Positions 1 to 8,727 of a stretch of 32,000 nt of DNA are shown piece by piece. The position numbers were made by a program, and so were the translations under genes. The DNA comes from Pasteurella multocida (GTDB taxonomy: Bacteria > Pseudomonadota > Gammaproteobacteria > Enterobacterales > Pasteurellaceae): contig NZ_LT906458.1 of NCBI RefSeq assembly GCF_900187275.1, forward strand, positions 1,620,001 to 1,652,000, written 5' to 3'. Numbering within the stretch: position 1 is the stretch's first letter; every line of letters starts with the position of its first letter. Below the pieces are notes generated by a model that was not told the DNA's origin, did no database searches, and saw nothing but the letters and a program-made list of their open reading frames with translations.

Positions 1-1
1 A

Positions 2-175
2 ATAAACGGTTTACAAGAAGATTTAAGAACGGCCATTACACTCCGCGAGCTTGAGGGCTTAAGCTACGAAGAGATCGCAGAAATTATGGATTGTCCAGTT
101 GGAACTGTTCGCTCTCGAATTTTCCGTGCGCGTGAAATTATCGAAAGTAAAGTGCAACCTATGTTGCAACGTTAA
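2..175 (+). CDS. rpoE: RNA polymerase sigma-E factor, 3' end only
   Basis: Partial frame INGLQEDLRTAITLRELEGLSYEEIAEIMDCPVGTVRSRIFRAREIIESKVQPMLQR*, a typical sigma region 4, directly upstream of rseA. Confidence 0.93.
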   Translation: MNGLQEDLRTAITLRELEGLSYEEIAEIMDCPVGTVRSRIFRAREIIESKVQPMLQR

Positions 176-221
176 ATACAATACAAAAAATCCAAAACCA
201 AGCAAAAGTTGGAGTGTCCAA

Positions 222-812
222 ATGCAAAAAGAGTTACTTTCAGCCTATATTGATGGTGAACAAGTCAGCGCTGAATTGACTGAAAAATTATGCCAAGATG
301 ACGAATTACAGCAATCTTGGGCAAATTTTCATACAATTCGTGCAGTCATGCGTCAAGAAAGCGAAGTATTACTGGGTGCAGATTTTACCGCGAAAATGGA
401 AGCGCTCATTGAAGCAGAGGAAATGAAAGTCGTCACACCGATGATTTCACAACCGTTGCCAGAAGAAGTAGAACACTTACCATTTATGCAAAAACTCAAA
501 GGTCTTTTTGCTCCCTTGGCACAAGTCGCTGTGGCGGCAAGCGTTTGCTTAGTTGCGGTGCTCGGCACACAATCTGTGATTACGGCTAAGAATGAAGCGC
601 AAAACAATGTTGATGCGCCAATTTTACAAACCTTACCGTTTAATAATGTCGTACAGCAAGTAAGTTATAATGCACCGATTAAAGATGTAGTCACACCAGA
701 GCAATTGGAACAAAAAAATAAACGCATTGGTACAATGTTACAAAACTATGAAGTACAACGTCGTCTTTATGCTGACTCTTTAATCTTAAATCAGCAAAAC
801 ACACAAAAATAA
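222..812 (+). CDS. rseA: Anti-sigma-E factor RseA
   Basis: Product starts MQKELLSAYIDGEQVSAELTEKLCQDDELQQSW; ATG at 222 is preceded by ttggagtg. Order rpoE-rseA-rseB-rseC. The longer ORF from 99 overlaps rpoE and is unlikely to be the true start. Confidence 0.9.
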   Translation: MQKELLSAYIDGEQVSAELTEKLCQDDELQQSWANFHTIRAVMRQESEVLLGADFTAKMEALIEAEEMKVVTPMISQPLPEEVEHLPFMQKLKGLFAPLAQVAVAASVCLVAVLGTQSVITAKNEAQNNVDAPILQTLPFNNVVQQVSYNAPIKDVVTPEQLEQKNKRIGTMLQNYEVQRRLYADSLILNQQNTQK

Positions 813-831
813 TGTTTTTCGTTAATTCACC

Positions 832-855
832 TTCACCACCTTTATAGGTGGTGAA
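832..855 (+). terminator. Perfect 9-bp hairpin between rseA and rseB (attenuator or terminator)
   Basis: TTCACCACC-TTTATA-GGTGGTGAA followed by TTTGTTTTA, 8 nt before the rseB ATG. Confidence 0.7.
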
Positions 856-863
856 TTTGTTTT

Positions 864-1829
864 ATGGTGGCAACTATGTTTAAAGCACTGCAAAAATCTC
901 TCACCTTTTTCTTGCTCGCGCTCTGCTCATTTAACACATTTGCAGAAGAAAGCCTGTCGGCCAAACAAATTCTACTCAAAATGCCAGAAGCGCGCGAAAA
1001 ACTCAGCTATGAAATTGCTTTTGTAAAAACAACACCCGCCAATATGGATTCTTTACGTTATCGTCATCTTCATATTGATGGTAAATCCTATGCGCAGTTA
1101 GTGACTCTGGACGGTGTCCAACAAGAAATTGTGCTCAGGGATAATTTAGTCAGCTATTTCCAGCCGAATTTCCAACCTTTTACGATTCATAGCGCCCAAA
1201 TCATTGACAGTTTACCGGCACTGATGAATGCCAATTTTGAACGGTTAGAAAAATACTATGATTTTGTCAAAATGGGGCGTAATCGTGTTGCTAACCGCCT
1301 TGTGCAAACAATTCGCATTTTGCCAAAAGATGATTTCCGTTACCAATATGTCGCCTTTATTGATGAAGAAAATCATTTGCTACTACAAAGTGACATTCTC
1401 GATCGCGATGGTAACTTATTAGATCAATTTCGTGTCGTCAATCTGTATATTGGCGATGGCTTACAAGGTTTAGCAGAATATCTCGAAAATATTGTGTTCC
1501 CACCATTACTGATTGATAAAAAAGAAGAGACAACGCCAACATTCCACTGGCAAACCAGCTGGTTACCACAGGGGTTTGTCAAAATAAATCAAGCTGTGGG
1601 ATTAGACGATGAACGCCATATTGAAAGCCAATTATACAGTGACGGGTTATTCTCTTTTACGCTTTATGTGTCTGATCCGATTGCCGAGGTCAATTTAGAT
1701 AATACGTGGAAACAAGGAACTTATACGATTTACAGTGAAATGATCAATGGCAAAGAAATTACCTTTGTTGGTCAATTACCGATTTCCACCGCAAAACGTA
1801 TCGTGCAAGATATTCAGTTCAAAAAGTAA
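864..1829 (+). CDS. rseB: Sigma-E regulatory protein RseB (start may be 876)
   Basis: 321 aa with signal peptide, MucB/RseB-like (LQKMPEAREKLSYEIAFVKTTPANMDSLRYRHLHIDGKSYAQLVTLDG), syntenic. Confidence 0.9.
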   Translation: MVATMFKALQKSLTFFLLALCSFNTFAEESLSAKQILLKMPEAREKLSYEIAFVKTTPANMDSLRYRHLHIDGKSYAQLVTLDGVQQEIVLRDNLVSYFQPNFQPFTIHSAQIIDSLPALMNANFERLEKYYDFVKMGRNRVANRLVQTIRILPKDDFRYQYVAFIDEENHLLLQSDILDRDGNLLDQFRVVNLYIGDGLQGLAEYLENIVFPPLLIDKKEETTPTFHWQTSWLPQGFVKINQAVGLDDERHIESQLYSDGLFSFTLYVSDPIAEVNLDNTWKQGTYTIYSEMINGKEITFVGQLPISTAKRIVQDIQFKK

Positions 1830-1837
1830 GGCATAAC

Positions 1838-2269
1838 ATGTTAAAAGAAACAGCCATTGTGATTGACTACCAATCCGGCATGGCAAAAGTAAAATGTCAA
1901 TCACAAAGTGCTTGTGGAGCTTGTGCAGCACAAAATGCCTGTGGCGCCTCCGCTCTCTCTGAACTCACTGGAGAAAAGGGAGAGCACATTTTTTGGATTG
2001 AAACCATTACTCCACTAAAAGTGGGGCAACGGGTTGAAATTGGTTTAGAAGAGCGTTCGTTAATTTTCTCCGCGCTCATCATTTATATTGTTCCTCTACT
2101 TACTATTCTCGCCAGCACGTTTCTCGCGGAAAAACTGTTCTCTCATGAATTAATCAGCGCTTTGTTTATCTTTATTTGCACAGCATTGTCCTTTCTCGCC
2201 ATTCGCACATACAGTAAAAGGTTAAAGAAGAAACACCACTACCAACCTATTTTATTAAGAGTTTTGTAA
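1838..2269 (+). CDS. rseC: SoxR-reducing/sigma-E regulator RseC family protein
   Basis: CxxxxxCxxCxxxxxC motif (CQSQSACGACAAQNACG) followed by two TM segments; syntenic. Confidence 0.88.
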   Translation: MLKETAIVIDYQSGMAKVKCQSQSACGACAAQNACGASALSELTGEKGEHIFWIETITPLKVGQRVEIGLEERSLIFSALIIYIVPLLTILASTFLAEKLFSHELISALFIFICTALSFLAIRTYSKRLKKKHHYQPILLRVL

Positions 2270-2319
2270 TCTTAACGAATCCTTTATAATGCACAGAAAT
2301 TTAAAAATAGGATAATTTT

Positions 2320-2829
2320 ATGCCGTTTATGTTAGGTATTACAGGCTATAGTGGAAGTGGCAAAACCACATTACTTGAACAGCTCGTGCCAATTCTTAAT
2401 CAACATGGGATAAAGGTTTCCGTGATAAAACACAGTCACCATGATGCACAAGTAGATAAAGTCGGTAAAGACAGCTGGCGCATGAAAGCAGCAGGAGCGA
2501 ATCAGGTGATGATGACCTGCGATAATCGTTGGGCATTGATGACAGAAACACCAACGCAACCCGCCAATCTAGCCTATTTAGCGCAACATTTTGATCCTCA
2601 CTTAACGGACTTAATCCTTGTAGAAGGTTTCAAACATGAGCCGATTGAAAAAATATTATTACACCGTCAAGAAATGACAAAACCGCGACCAGAACTCGAC
2701 CAATATGTTATTGCGTTAGCCACCAACTATCCACTTTCATCAACGGTCCCTGTTTTAGACATCAATGATATCACGCAAATCGCTACTTTCATTCGGCATT
2801 GGTATCAACAAAAGTGCGGTGCAAAATAG
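2320..2829 (+). CDS. mobB: Molybdopterin-guanine dinucleotide biosynthesis protein MobB
   Basis: P-loop [40 protein letters not shown]. Confidence 0.88.
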   Translation: MPFMLGITGYSGSGKTTLLEQLVPILNQHGIKVSVIKHSHHDAQVDKVGKDSWRMKAAGANQVMMTCDNRWALMTETPTQPANLAYLAQHFDPHLTDLILVEGFKHEPIEKILLHRQEMTKPRPELDQYVIALATNYPLSSTVPVLDINDITQIATFIRHWYQQKCGAK

Positions 2830-2838
2830 GAAAGTTTT

Positions 2839-4224
2839 ATGACCGAACGTGAAAGTTATCGGGGGTTAGCTTGGATTGCGGCAATGGCACTTTTCATGCA
2901 AACCCTTGATGCAACCATTCTCAACACTGCCTTACCCGCCATTTCACGCGATTTAAATGAATCGCCGTTAGAAATGCAACTTGCGATTATCAGCTATGCA
3001 CTCAGTGTGGCATTGTTTATCCCACTCAGTGGTTGGCTCGCGGATAAATATGGCACCTTAAAAATTTTTCGCATTGCTGTCAGCATTTTTGTTATCGGCT
3101 CTGTTGCCTGCGCCATCTCTAACACGCTTGATACCCTTGTCCTGGCGCGTGTATTACAAGGTTTTGGCGGTGCCTTAATGATGCCCGTAGCACGGCTTGC
3201 CATTATTCGCACCGTGCCTAAACAGCATTTATTATCCGTTTGGAATTTAATGGCGATGTCAGGTTTGCTCGGTCCGATTTTAGGTCCGATTTTAGGTGGC
3301 TGGTTAGTAACCTATGCGACTTGGCATTGGATATTCTTGATTAATATTCCGATTGGTATTATCGGGGTATTGATTGCAGGCAACTACATGCAAAATGTCA
3401 CGGCTGAAGTCAATAAACTTGATTGGAAAGGCTTTATGCTCTTTGCTGGTAGTTTAGTCGGACTCACATTGGGCTTAGATCTCATCGCTGAACGAAGTAG
3501 TCATAAAGGGATTGCGTTTAGTGTATTAATGTTGGGATTACTCTTATTGTGTGCTTATTATTTCCACGCGAAAAAATCCCCTATTTCCCTTTTGCCACTG
3601 TCCTTATTTAAGATCAGAACCTTTACGATCAGCATTGTGGCCAACTTATTTATTCGCCTTTGTGGTTCGGGGATTCCTTTTTTATTGCCTTTGATGTTAC
3701 AAGTTGTTTTTCATTACAGCGCGGAATTATCTGGCTGGCTCCTCGCTCCGATTGCCATCAGCTCTGTGTTAATGAAACCCTTAATTAGCCCTATTCTCCA
3801 CCGTTTAGGCTACAAAACCACCCTTCTTTTAACTGCCATTTGTCTCACACTGGCGATTGCTGTCATGGCGTTGGTCACTGTTGACACACCAATTTGGTTA
3901 TTAGTACTCGCCCTCGCATTTTATGGCGCTTGTATGTCTGTGATTTTCAGTGCGACCAATACCTTAGCGGTCAGCGAATTATCCGAACAAAACGCCAGTG
4001 CCGGCTCTACTATTTTGAGCGTTGCTCAACAAATGGGGATTGGGATCGGCATTGCGGTCTGCTCCGTGATCCTTGGGATTTATCGCGACCACATCGGAGA
4101 AGTCGGTGAACAACTTCAACAATCATTCAGCTATACCTTTTTAAGTGTTGCCTGTTTTGGTTTTATTTTGATTTGGGTGCTCACTTATTTAAAAGCCCAA
4201 GATGGTCAGAGTCTCCGTCGTTAA
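2839..4224 (+). CDS. mdtD: DHA2-family MFS transporter, MdtD-like
   Basis: 461 aa, FMQTLDATILNTALPAISRDLNESPLEMQ, SGWLADKYG, GPILGPILGGWL; DHA2-type 14-TM pattern. Confidence 0.75.
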   Translation: MTERESYRGLAWIAAMALFMQTLDATILNTALPAISRDLNESPLEMQLAIISYALSVALFIPLSGWLADKYGTLKIFRIAVSIFVIGSVACAISNTLDTLVLARVLQGFGGALMMPVARLAIIRTVPKQHLLSVWNLMAMSGLLGPILGPILGGWLVTYATWHWIFLINIPIGIIGVLIAGNYMQNVTAEVNKLDWKGFMLFAGSLVGLTLGLDLIAERSSHKGIAFSVLMLGLLLLCAYYFHAKKSPISLLPLSLFKIRTFTISIVANLFIRLCGSGIPFLLPLMLQVVFHYSAELSGWLLAPIAISSVLMKPLISPILHRLGYKTTLLLTAICLTLAIAVMALVTVDTPIWLLVLALAFYGACMSVIFSATNTLAVSELSEQNASAGSTILSVAQQMGIGIGIAVCSVILGIYRDHIGEVGEQLQQSFSYTFLSVACFGFILIWVLTYLKAQDGQSLRR

Positions 4225-4438
4225 AATACAAGGCGAGAATGGGAGTTGAATTCACAACCTAACCACTTGAATATAAATAGATTTATTTTAAGCAAATAAA
4301 AATAGGTAACAAAACAGGTAACAAAAACTGTTTTCACCCCTTATTTTTTGATTATTTTTTATACTCACTTTCTGTTTGATTATCTTCTCTAAAAATGAAT
4401 TTCGTTATAAAAAAGGAATAATTAAAACTTTTTAAGAG

Positions 4439-4494
4439 AGTGTCAGCCATTGGCTGATACTTATCAGGCATACGTTAGGATAATTTTCCTAACG
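4439..4494. repeat. Two-hairpin repeat module, copy 1
   Basis: AGTGTCAGCC-ATT-GGCTGATACT then CGTTAGG-ATAATTTT-CCTAACG. Second copy at 6864-6919, within a longer conserved block (about 4335-4500 vs 6765-6925). Confidence 0.8.
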
Positions 4495-4756
4495 GTGAAA
4501 CATTTAACTCTTATCTATTTGCTAATAATAACCGTTGTGCAAATTTACATATCGGACAATAACAATACGGATTATCTTCGTATGAGTACGGATAAAAAAC
4601 TAGTTATTAATGATCATTTACATGGGGTTGTTTTTAAAAATGACATTTTAAGTACACTGAAGAAAATAGGGAGTTAATACATCAAAACAAAGCATAAATA
4701 GATTAGTGAATCAAAAATTGGGGAATTTGATTGGTTAGTGAATTGAGAGTAAATAA

Positions 4757-4777
4757 AAACCGCCAGTGTGGCGGTTT
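4757..4777 (-). terminator. Rho-independent terminator of the ASCH gene
   Basis: AAACCGCC-acact-GGCGGTTT on the minus strand, followed by a T-rich tract, just past the stop at 4783. Confidence 0.75.
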
Positions 4778-4782
4778 GTTGA

Positions 4783-5157
4783 TTAATTAATGTAGCAATA
4801 AGACTGTGGAGGTGTGCCAGAAGCTATAACATCTGAAATCGCTAATGGTTCATCGTATAATTTGAATGAGTCAATTTCAAAAGCATGCGCTAAAGCTCTT
4901 GTGGAAAAATACTCATCAAAGAAATTTTTGGTAATACCAGAAAATTCTTTTGTTTTTTCCCAGAGTGATTCTGGTGTATGGGATATTACATCTTTAATCT
5001 TAAATTCACCGACCACTTTTCCAACAGGCATTGTGGAGTAAACGACAATTGTTGTTATTCCTTCGCGTTTTGGTAGCGATTTTCTAAACTCAAATTTTTT
5101 TTCACCTGAAATGATTTTTTCTACAAACTCAGGTTTAATCGATAATAAAACTTTCAT
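4783..5157 (-). CDS. ASCH-domain (PUA-like fold) protein
   Basis: MKVLLSIKPEFVEKIISGEKKFEFRKSLPK..IVVYSTMPVGKVVGEFKI, the ASCH/YqfB-type N-terminal signature. Confidence 0.8.
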   Translation of the reverse strand: MKVLLSIKPEFVEKIISGEKKFEFRKSLPKREGITTIVVYSTMPVGKVVGEFKIKDVISHTPESLWEKTKEFSGITKNFFDEYFSTRALAHAFEIDSFKLYDEPLAISDVIASGTPPQSYCYIN

Positions 5158-6214
5158 TGGCTTTTGATAAATATATAATTTTGTTAAATTTTTCGTCCGA
5201 AATTGGATGTAGTACTATTCTATTTTTACCTTGAATAATTCCATTGTCAAGCAAGGATTGCCGATTAATTCTTTTAGGCAACACTAAATTATATGTGAAT
5301 CTAATTACATATTCAGGATATTTTTCATAGTAGAAACGGGATAACTCTTGCTCTGTAAATACACTAAATTTTAGACAATATTTAAGATATTCAGAGAGTG
5401 TTTTAAATTCGCTAACATGACGCACACTTTCTACTACGCAAACGGAGGATAATACAGATCTGTAATAAGCTCTCTTTGCGATATCAGTCATTCTATACAT
5501 CACAAGAATATCACCCCTCCTTAGATTATTCGCACCATAAGCTGCTGATATATAAATCTTGTGTATGCTATTTGAATGTGACACATCTTTAATAATATCT
5601 GGAGATTCTCCAAATAATTTTGATTCTGGAAACATTCTTGTGTGGTATTCAGGTTTTATGGCAAGTAGATATTTATTAGCGTTTTGTTGATGAATGAAAG
5701 GGTAGTCTTGATAAATATGGTTCTTAATCACATGGAGATCTCTTAGGTAAACAAATTCAGTCCCGTTCGGGCTAACTTTTTCTCCATTCTTCTCAAAACC
5801 ATAGAATTTGAACAAGTCGATTAATGGCTCATGTTTTTCAAAAACAGTAAGATAAACTATATCGACATGGTTTGTTATGGCAATATCTAATATTTTCTTT
5901 ATAAACCTTTGTCCTCTTAATGTTCCAGCAGGATTAAACTTAAACGTCCCCACTTTCATCACAGCTTTTCCTCGAATGGGTGGGTTTACATCTTCTACAT
6001 CACTCTCAAATTTATAATATAAAAAGCCTTCTATCAGGTTATTATCGTTATATAAAACATAAGCCCACTCGTTTGACTTTCTTTGAAACCAGTCAGAAAA
6101 CTCTTTATAATCTTTCTTTAAGCTATCAAAGAATGGATCGTCTAAATTGACATCTGAGAAGAGTACAACTTTTAAGTTATCCATATTTTTCCTTATGTTA
6201 AATCCACTAATCAC
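5135..6214 (-). CDS. GNAT-like N-terminal domain fused to an ASCH/PUA-like C-terminal domain
   Basis: N-terminus VVLFSDVNLDDPFFDSLKKDYKEFSDWFQRKSNEWAYVLYNDNNLIEGFLYYK, and AGTLRGQRFIKKILDIAITNHVDIVYLTVF is GNAT-like. C-terminus YLLAIKPEYHTRMFPESKLFGE resembles the ASCH start. Overlaps the downstream ASCH ORF by 23 bp. Confidence 0.65.
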   Translation of the reverse strand: MISGFNIRKNMDNLKVVLFSDVNLDDPFFDSLKKDYKEFSDWFQRKSNEWAYVLYNDNNLIEGFLYYKFESDVEDVNPPIRGKAVMKVGTFKFNPAGTLRGQRFIKKILDIAITNHVDIVYLTVFEKHEPLIDLFKFYGFEKNGEKVSPNGTEFVYLRDLHVIKNHIYQDYPFIHQQNANKYLLAIKPEYHTRMFPESKLFGESPDIIKDVSHSNSIHKIYISAAYGANNLRRGDILVMYRMTDIAKRAYYRSVLSSVCVVESVRHVSEFKTLSEYLKYCLKFSVFTEQELSRFYYEKYPEYVIRFTYNLVLPKRINRQSLLDNGIIQGKNRIVLHPISDEKFNKIIYLSKANESFIID

Positions 6215-6359
6215 AAAGCACAGACCACCAAAAGACTTTGTTTATCAAGTGCCACGCTAAATTCAAAAAAATCACCTTTATAACAAGTTGATTTTTAATA
6301 CTACGACAATAGCGTTATATAAACAAATATCTATTATATGTTTTGTGATCCGCCTCAAA

Positions 6360-6535
6360 GAGTAAAAAAGGTCGAAAAACTGGAATAACAATTTAAGGAG
6401 TTTTTAGGAGCAGTAGTTTGGGCTTTTTACTTGAACTTTTTACCCCCTCCCTATATCTGAAAATTTTAATTTCGCGGTTGTAAAAATTGAGTTAGTGGAG
6501 CGGTTGATAAAGTAAAAAGTAGTAGAGATTTAATC
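6360..6535. repeat. Imperfect direct repeat, copy 1
   Basis: Includes TATCTGAAAATTTTAATTTCGCGGTTG(T/C)AAAAATTGAGTTAGT, also at 6950-7125. Confidence 0.85.
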
Positions 6536-6624
6536 GTCTCTCTTCCAAATAATGTTATAAGCATTAAATACACAAATTTTTTAATATGTGACACATAATC
6601 AATATGTGGATTTACGAGGGGGGG

Positions 6625-6675
6625 TGATGAAGATTAATTTATGGAGTGGCGGAGATCATGGGAGTCCAATTCACT
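6625..6675. other. Central att-like site (island 1 / satellite junction)
   Basis: AAGATTAATTTATGGAgTGGCGGAGatcATGGGAGTCcAATTCAC compared with AAGATTAATTTATGGAtTGGCGGAGgagaATGGGAGTCgAACCCAC at selC; 16-nt exact block plus tRNA 3'-end similarity. Confidence 0.75.
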
Positions 6676-6863
6676 ATATAACATATTGATTTATAAAAGA
6701 CTAAATTTTAACACCCTAAAATATAGTACTATTCCTAGTACTATTTTTGTTTGCTACCCCCTGTTTTGATTATTTTTCATACTTATTTTTTTGTTTGATT
6801 CATCTTTTCTAAAAATGAGTTTCTTTACATTATAAAAAAGGACTAATTAAAACTTGTTAAGAG

Positions 6864-6919
6864 AGTGTCAGCCATTGGCTGATACTTATCAGGTATACGT
6901 TAGGATAATTTTCTTAACG
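6864..6919. repeat. Two-hairpin repeat module, copy 2
   Basis: AGTGTCAGCC-ATT-GGCTGATACT then CGTTAGG-ATAATTTT-CTTAACG, the second hairpin stem retained through a G:U pair. Confidence 0.8.
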
Positions 6920-6949
6920 GTGATTCTGCCGATTTTGCCGATGCTATAA

Positions 6950-7125
6950 AAAAGGTCAAAAAACTGGAATAGCGATTTAAAGAGTTTTCAGGGGCGGTAT
7001 TCAAGACTTTTTATCTAAACTTTTTCCCCACCCTCCCCATATCTGAAAATTTTAATTTCGCGGTTGCAAAAATTGAGTTAGTAGGGCGGTTGCTAAAGTG
7101 AAAAGCTGTAGAGATTTAGCCTCCC
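6950..7125. repeat. Imperfect direct repeat, copy 2
   Basis: Matches 6360-6535. Confidence 0.85.
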
Positions 7126-7160
7126 CCTCCCTTTCTATCAACATTTTTAGGCAATAAAAA

Positions 7161-7177
7161 AGCACCATTTAGGTGCT
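7161..7177 (-). terminator. Terminator overlapping the Abi_2 gene stop codon
   Basis: AGCACC-taaat-GGTGCT followed by TTTTTTATTG on the minus strand. Confidence 0.7.
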
Positions 7178-8119
7178 TTCATTATAGTTCTGTTTCATTA
7201 ACTCTATAGGCAGTGTTGTATACTCTCCTAACCCCATAAACTCTAATTTAGCATTTGGAACATCGGGAAAATCAGTATCAATTAAATCCTTTAGTTTTTC
7301 TAACCATTTATAGTTTTTGCTGTCAGTCTGCTGAATTAAATACCATAATATTAATATGCGACTAAAAACACGTTGCGATGTCCTTTCGTTCGTTTCTACT
7401 CTAGTGTTAGGTAAAGTAATAGCATTAAAATCTTTATTCCATACTCGAGAATGATGCGCACACAAGTTTCTCAAAATGTTGATTTCATGTAGCCATTTTT
7501 CAAAAGTAACATGATCTATACCAAATTTCTTGGAAATTTTTTTCTGATTGTTTCCTTTTAAAAATGAGTAATATTTTGATAAGGTTCCAAAATCCCATAT
7601 TTCTACAATCACCCAAAAAGGTATTTCTTTATCATTTTCCCTATGATAAATAATAAACTCAGCTTTATTTCTTTTAATTTCGTCCTGTAACTTAGGTAAC
7701 CAAACATTATCATAATTTCTTCTTACTTTTGGACTATCTTTCTTAATAAAATCCTTATTTTTATATGCTAATGGATCTATGCGACCTAATTCATGCGCCA
7801 TAACCGAACGTATGTTAACCTCTAATCTTTCGATAATATCTAACAGTAATAATCTCAGTTTTTTATCGAATAAATAAAGCTTATAAACTTCATTAAAAGA
7901 TGTATTTGGTAAAAACTCATCAATAAATTGACTTTGTCTTATGCCATTTTCAGTAACTATAGCAGTCCTTCTACTAGTAAACCAAAATCCAGAAAGACGA
8001 TAATAACCAACCTGAGAAAGTTTTCTTTTCGCGTATGAAATATCTTCAACTACCATCTTTCTAGTAAGCAAAATATCAACTAACTCAGCATATTCCTTAT
8101 GAGGTTTTGTTAAAAGCAT
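7169..8119 (-). CDS. Abi_2 (AbiD/AbiF) family abortive infection protein, HEPN-type RNase candidate
   Basis: 316 aa; KRKLSQVGYYRLSGFW, RSVMAHELGRIDPLAYKN and LRNLCAHHSRVWN; two R-x4-H motifs as in HEPN nucleases. Confidence 0.87.
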   Translation of the reverse strand: MLLTKPHKEYAELVDILLTRKMVVEDISYAKRKLSQVGYYRLSGFWFTSRRTAIVTENGIRQSQFIDEFLPNTSFNEVYKLYLFDKKLRLLLLDIIERLEVNIRSVMAHELGRIDPLAYKNKDFIKKDSPKVRRNYDNVWLPKLQDEIKRNKAEFIIYHRENDKEIPFWVIVEIWDFGTLSKYYSFLKGNNQKKISKKFGIDHVTFEKWLHEINILRNLCAHHSRVWNKDFNAITLPNTRVETNERTSQRVFSRILILWYLIQQTDSKNYKWLEKLKDLIDTDFPDVPNAKLEFMGLGEYTTLPIELMKQNYNEST

Positions 8120-8727
8120 AGGATAATAAAGAAGAAGAAAGGAAGGGTAAGGAGGTAGCTTTTACACTCAACATTTCGGATTGAGGTCAGTTTTATCGTT
8201 TAGGCTACCCCACGATTGCGGTGTATTTTACACAAAATAAGATCTAAAACAAGGATATAGATCACATTTTTGATGGGTCATATAGGGCTGTATAGGGTCA
8301 AAACTCAGTTTTTCAATACGAGACAGCAAGGAAACTAAATGACTTCACAGACAGATTTCTGTTATTAAACAATCTATAAATATAGACCGTAGTCCTTATT
8401 AGGAGTTCCAAGCATTGCTTAATATTTACCCCTTTGAACTAATCATAATGTGGCTAAAGTAAGATTTTGGAATAAAGAAAAAAAGCCAGCAATTTCTGAA
8501 AACCCATCCGCTTCAATTGCATTGGGATCTTACATCAGATGCTGACCTTTCTAGGAAGAATATTAAAACCGAAACCGATCTAAGTCAATACATTCAACCT
8601 GCACCCAACATTGGTGGATGTAAATATCCTCAATAGTATTATGTAGCATAATCTCCCTCATTTTTCATAAATCCACCGCCACGATTTTTATCAAGAAAAA
8701 AAGCAATGTGTATATATAAGCAAAAAA

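Larger units (their letters stand above)
4231..6650. mobile_element. Putative integrase-less selC-associated island (island 1), cargo GNAT-ASCH-like plus ASCH
   Basis: Bounded by att-like sequences (4234 GAGAATGGGAGTTGAATTCAC; 6631-6674) resembling the selC 3' end. It shares terminal modules with the neighbouring satellite. No integrase inside. Confidence 0.55.

Noticed and set aside
4450-4677. 75-aa plus-strand ORF
   Set aside because: Starts inside the repeated hairpin module and has no recognisable features; likely spurious.
5210-5217. Extra TAGTACTA copy
   Set aside because: Lies inside the coding region of the GNAT-ASCH-like gene, single and away from either end; probably chance.
8487-8636. 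Open frame QQFLKTHPLQLHWDLTSDADLSRKNIKTETDLSQYIQPAPNIGGCKYPQ*
   Set aside because: About 50 codons with no start codon in frame and no recognised family; possible gene remnant but not supportable.
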